Below, in pieces: positions 62,534 through 64,000 of a stretch of 64,000 nucleotides of DNA. Origin of the DNA: Eubacteriales bacterium (GTDB taxonomy: Bacteria; Bacillota; Clostridia; Oscillospirales; CAG-382); the NCBI GenBank assembly GCA_045535465.1, contig JAZSLS010000016.1, forward strand, positions 270 to 64,269, in the 5' to 3' direction. The position numbers were made by a program, and so were the translations under genes. Position 1 is the first letter of the stretch, and each line of letters opens with the position of its first letter. The notes under the pieces were generated by a model. That model saw nothing but the letters and a program-made list of their open reading frames with translations, was not told the origin of the DNA and did not search any database.

Positions 62534-64000
62534 GAAAAGCCTTTGTTATAGCACTTGCGGTAGCCCTTTGCTTTACCGCCTTGTTTACTTCCTGTAACAA
62601 GGCAGACCCCACCGCACCCTCCACTGCACCTACCGACGGTATGGATTTTTCCTTTGACAAGGAGGACGTAAACGGTAGCTATGATGAGTCCGACGTTATA
62701 AGTGTAATTCAGGGCGAAAGCGTGTTTATCCCCGACGAGGAAAGCACCGAGGATACAAGTTCTGCCCTTTCAGAGGATAATTCCGTAGAAAAGCCCGATG
62801 ACTCAAGCATAGCAGAGCCCGATGACGCAAGCATAGCAGAGCCCGATGACTCAAGTACAGCAGAGCCCGACGACTCAAGCGCAGCAGAGCCCGATGACTC
62901 AAGTGCGGCAGAGCCCGACGACTCAAGTGCAGCAGAGCCTACACCCGCCCCTGCAGGTGATATTCATATAACCACGGCAGGCACTCATATTCTTACGGGT
63001 GGCTTTACCGACAGAAAGGTTATAGTTGAGGTAGGCGCAAACGACGACGTTCAGCTTGTTCTTGACAACGTGCTTATCAATAATACAAAAGGCCCCGCTA
63101 TCTACGTAAAAAGCGCAGACAAGGTTACTATAACCGTCAAGGCAGGCACTAACAATTCTATAAGTGACGGCAGTGCCTATACCTTCAGCGATGCAACCGG
63201 TACAGTTGACGGGGCAGTGTTTGCTCGCTCCAGCCTTACTATAAACGGTACGGGCAAGCTTACCGTAAACGGCAAAGCTAAGCACGGTATAGTGTCCAAG
63301 GATAAGCTTGTTGTTGCAGGCTGTACTCTTACGGTTACCTCCTCTGCCTCTGCTCTTTGCGGTAAGGATAGCGTTAAGATTACCGATGGCTCCATAAAGC
63401 TTACGGCAGCCAGCAACGGCATTGTTTCCGATAATACAGAGGACGTTACCAAGGGGTTTATTTACCTTGAGGGCGGAACGGTTAACGTTAACGCAGGCTT
63501 TGACGGCATACAGGCGGAAACCATTATCAAGTCCAACAATACCACCGTAACTGTTAAAGCAGGCGGCGGCAGTGTTAATATGCTTAACAACGCTACCCAA
63601 TCCTATAAGGCTATGAAGGCAGGCTCCGATATCCTTATATCGGGCGGTACTTATAATCTTGACAGCCGTGACGACTGTATACATTCCAACAACACAGTAA
63701 ACATCACAGGCGGCAATATAACTCTTTCCAGCGGCGACGATGCTATACACGCCAGCACCGACCTTTCCATATCAGGCGGCAACGTTAATATAACAAAAAG
63801 CTACGAGGGCGTTGAAGCCTCACGCATACTTGTGTCCGGCGGTACTTCCTATGTGGTTTCATCCGACGACGCACTAAACGCAGTAGGCGGCACAGCGGGC
63901 TTCAACTCCAATTCCGCCGAAATAATTATTTCCGGCGGCTATCTGGTTGTTAACTCGGGCGGTGACGGTATCGACTCCAACGGTAAGATTACCGTTACAG
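62530..64000 (+). CDS. lipoprotein with a Cthe_2159-like carbohydrate-binding beta-helix domain (3'-truncated by the window)
   Basis: Not in the ORF track. My manual translation from the GTG at 62530, which overlaps the upstream TGA, is open to position 64000. It shows VRKAFVIALAVALCFTALFTSC (lipobox), AEPDDSS x6, then repetitive beta-helix rungs (ITTAGTHILTGG.., GDDAIHAS, GDGIDSNG). Confidence 0.8.
   Translation, partial: MRKAFVIALAVALCFTALFTSCNKADPTAPSTAPTDGMDFSFDKEDVNGSYDESDVISVIQGESVFIPDEESTEDTSSALSEDNSVEKPDDSSIAEPDDASIAEPDDSSTAEPDDSSAAEPDDSSAAEPDDSSAAEPTPAPAGDIHITTAGTHILTGGFTDRKVIVEVGANDDVQLVLDNVLINNTKGPAIYVKSADKVTITVKAGTNNSISDGSAYTFSDATGTVDGAVFARSSLTINGTGKLTVNGKAKHGIVSKDKLVVAGCTLTVTSSASALCGKDSVKITDGSIKLTAASNGIVSDNTEDVTKGFIYLEGGTVNVNAGFDGIQAETIIKSNNTTVTVKAGGGSVNMLNNATQSYKAMKAGSDILISGGTYNLDSRDDCIHSNNTVNITGGNITLSSGDDAIHASTDLSISGGNVNITKSYEGVEASRILVSGGTSYVVSSDDALNAVGGTAGFNSNSAEIIISGGYLVVNSGGDGIDSNGKITVT
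62794..62937 (+). repeat. 24-bp in-frame tandem repeat, 6 copies
   Basis: CCCGATGACTCAAGCATAGCAGAG-type units start at 62794, 62818, 62842, 62866, 62890 and 62914. They encode PDD(S/A)S(I/T/A)AE. Confidence 0.95.

Noticed and set aside
62923-63750. A 275-aa minus-strand ORF listed in the track.
   Set aside because: It is antisense to the plus-strand Cthe_2159-like lipoprotein gene, which has a signal peptide, repeats and family motifs. The minus-strand translation has no recognisable features.

Overview
Chromosomal, mostly housekeeping segment of a Firmicute with Clostridia-like gene content and order; the taxon is inference. Markers include rplS-lepB-rbgA-rnhB-yraN-thrC, mnmE-mnmG-rsmG, secA, valS, aspS, pcrA, ftsK and a YaaH-like LysM-GH18 protein. 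I call 55 protein-coding genes. One of them (62530 to the window end) is missing from the supplied ORF track because it has no stop in the window. There are two riboswitches: TPP upstream of thiT, and cobalamin upstream of a DUF4430 lipoprotein plus an ECF S-component. I also mark several consensus sigma-A-type promoters and intrinsic terminators. I saw no rRNA, tRNA, CRISPR array, transposase, integrase or reverse transcriptase. The most unusual content is non-coding. (1) A roughly 200-230 nt structured MITE-like repeat family occurs three times, each time starting 0-11 nt after an unrelated stem-loop. One copy is wedged between the TPP riboswitch and thiT. (2) A second dispersed repeat carries its own terminator hairpin; it occurs twice in opposite orientation, and one copy lies inside a block flanked by a 25-nt duplication of a terminator hairpin. 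(3) Three tandem copies of a hairpin-forming 58-70 nt unit sit in a 3' UTR. (4) A 37-nt perfect alternating purine-pyrimidine tract lies upstream of lepB. Candidate uncharacterised protein systems are a VTC-domain / DUF4956 / Cthe_2159-like beta-helix lipoprotein cluster; a GldA/F/G-like ABC + DUF4340 + lipoprotein operon; a GtrA + FAD-oxidoreductase + GT-C glycosylation cluster; and a translationally coupled pair of polytopic membrane proteins downstream of secA. None of these is proven novel from sequence alone. All family assignments are by-eye motif recognition and need HMM or BLAST confirmation.
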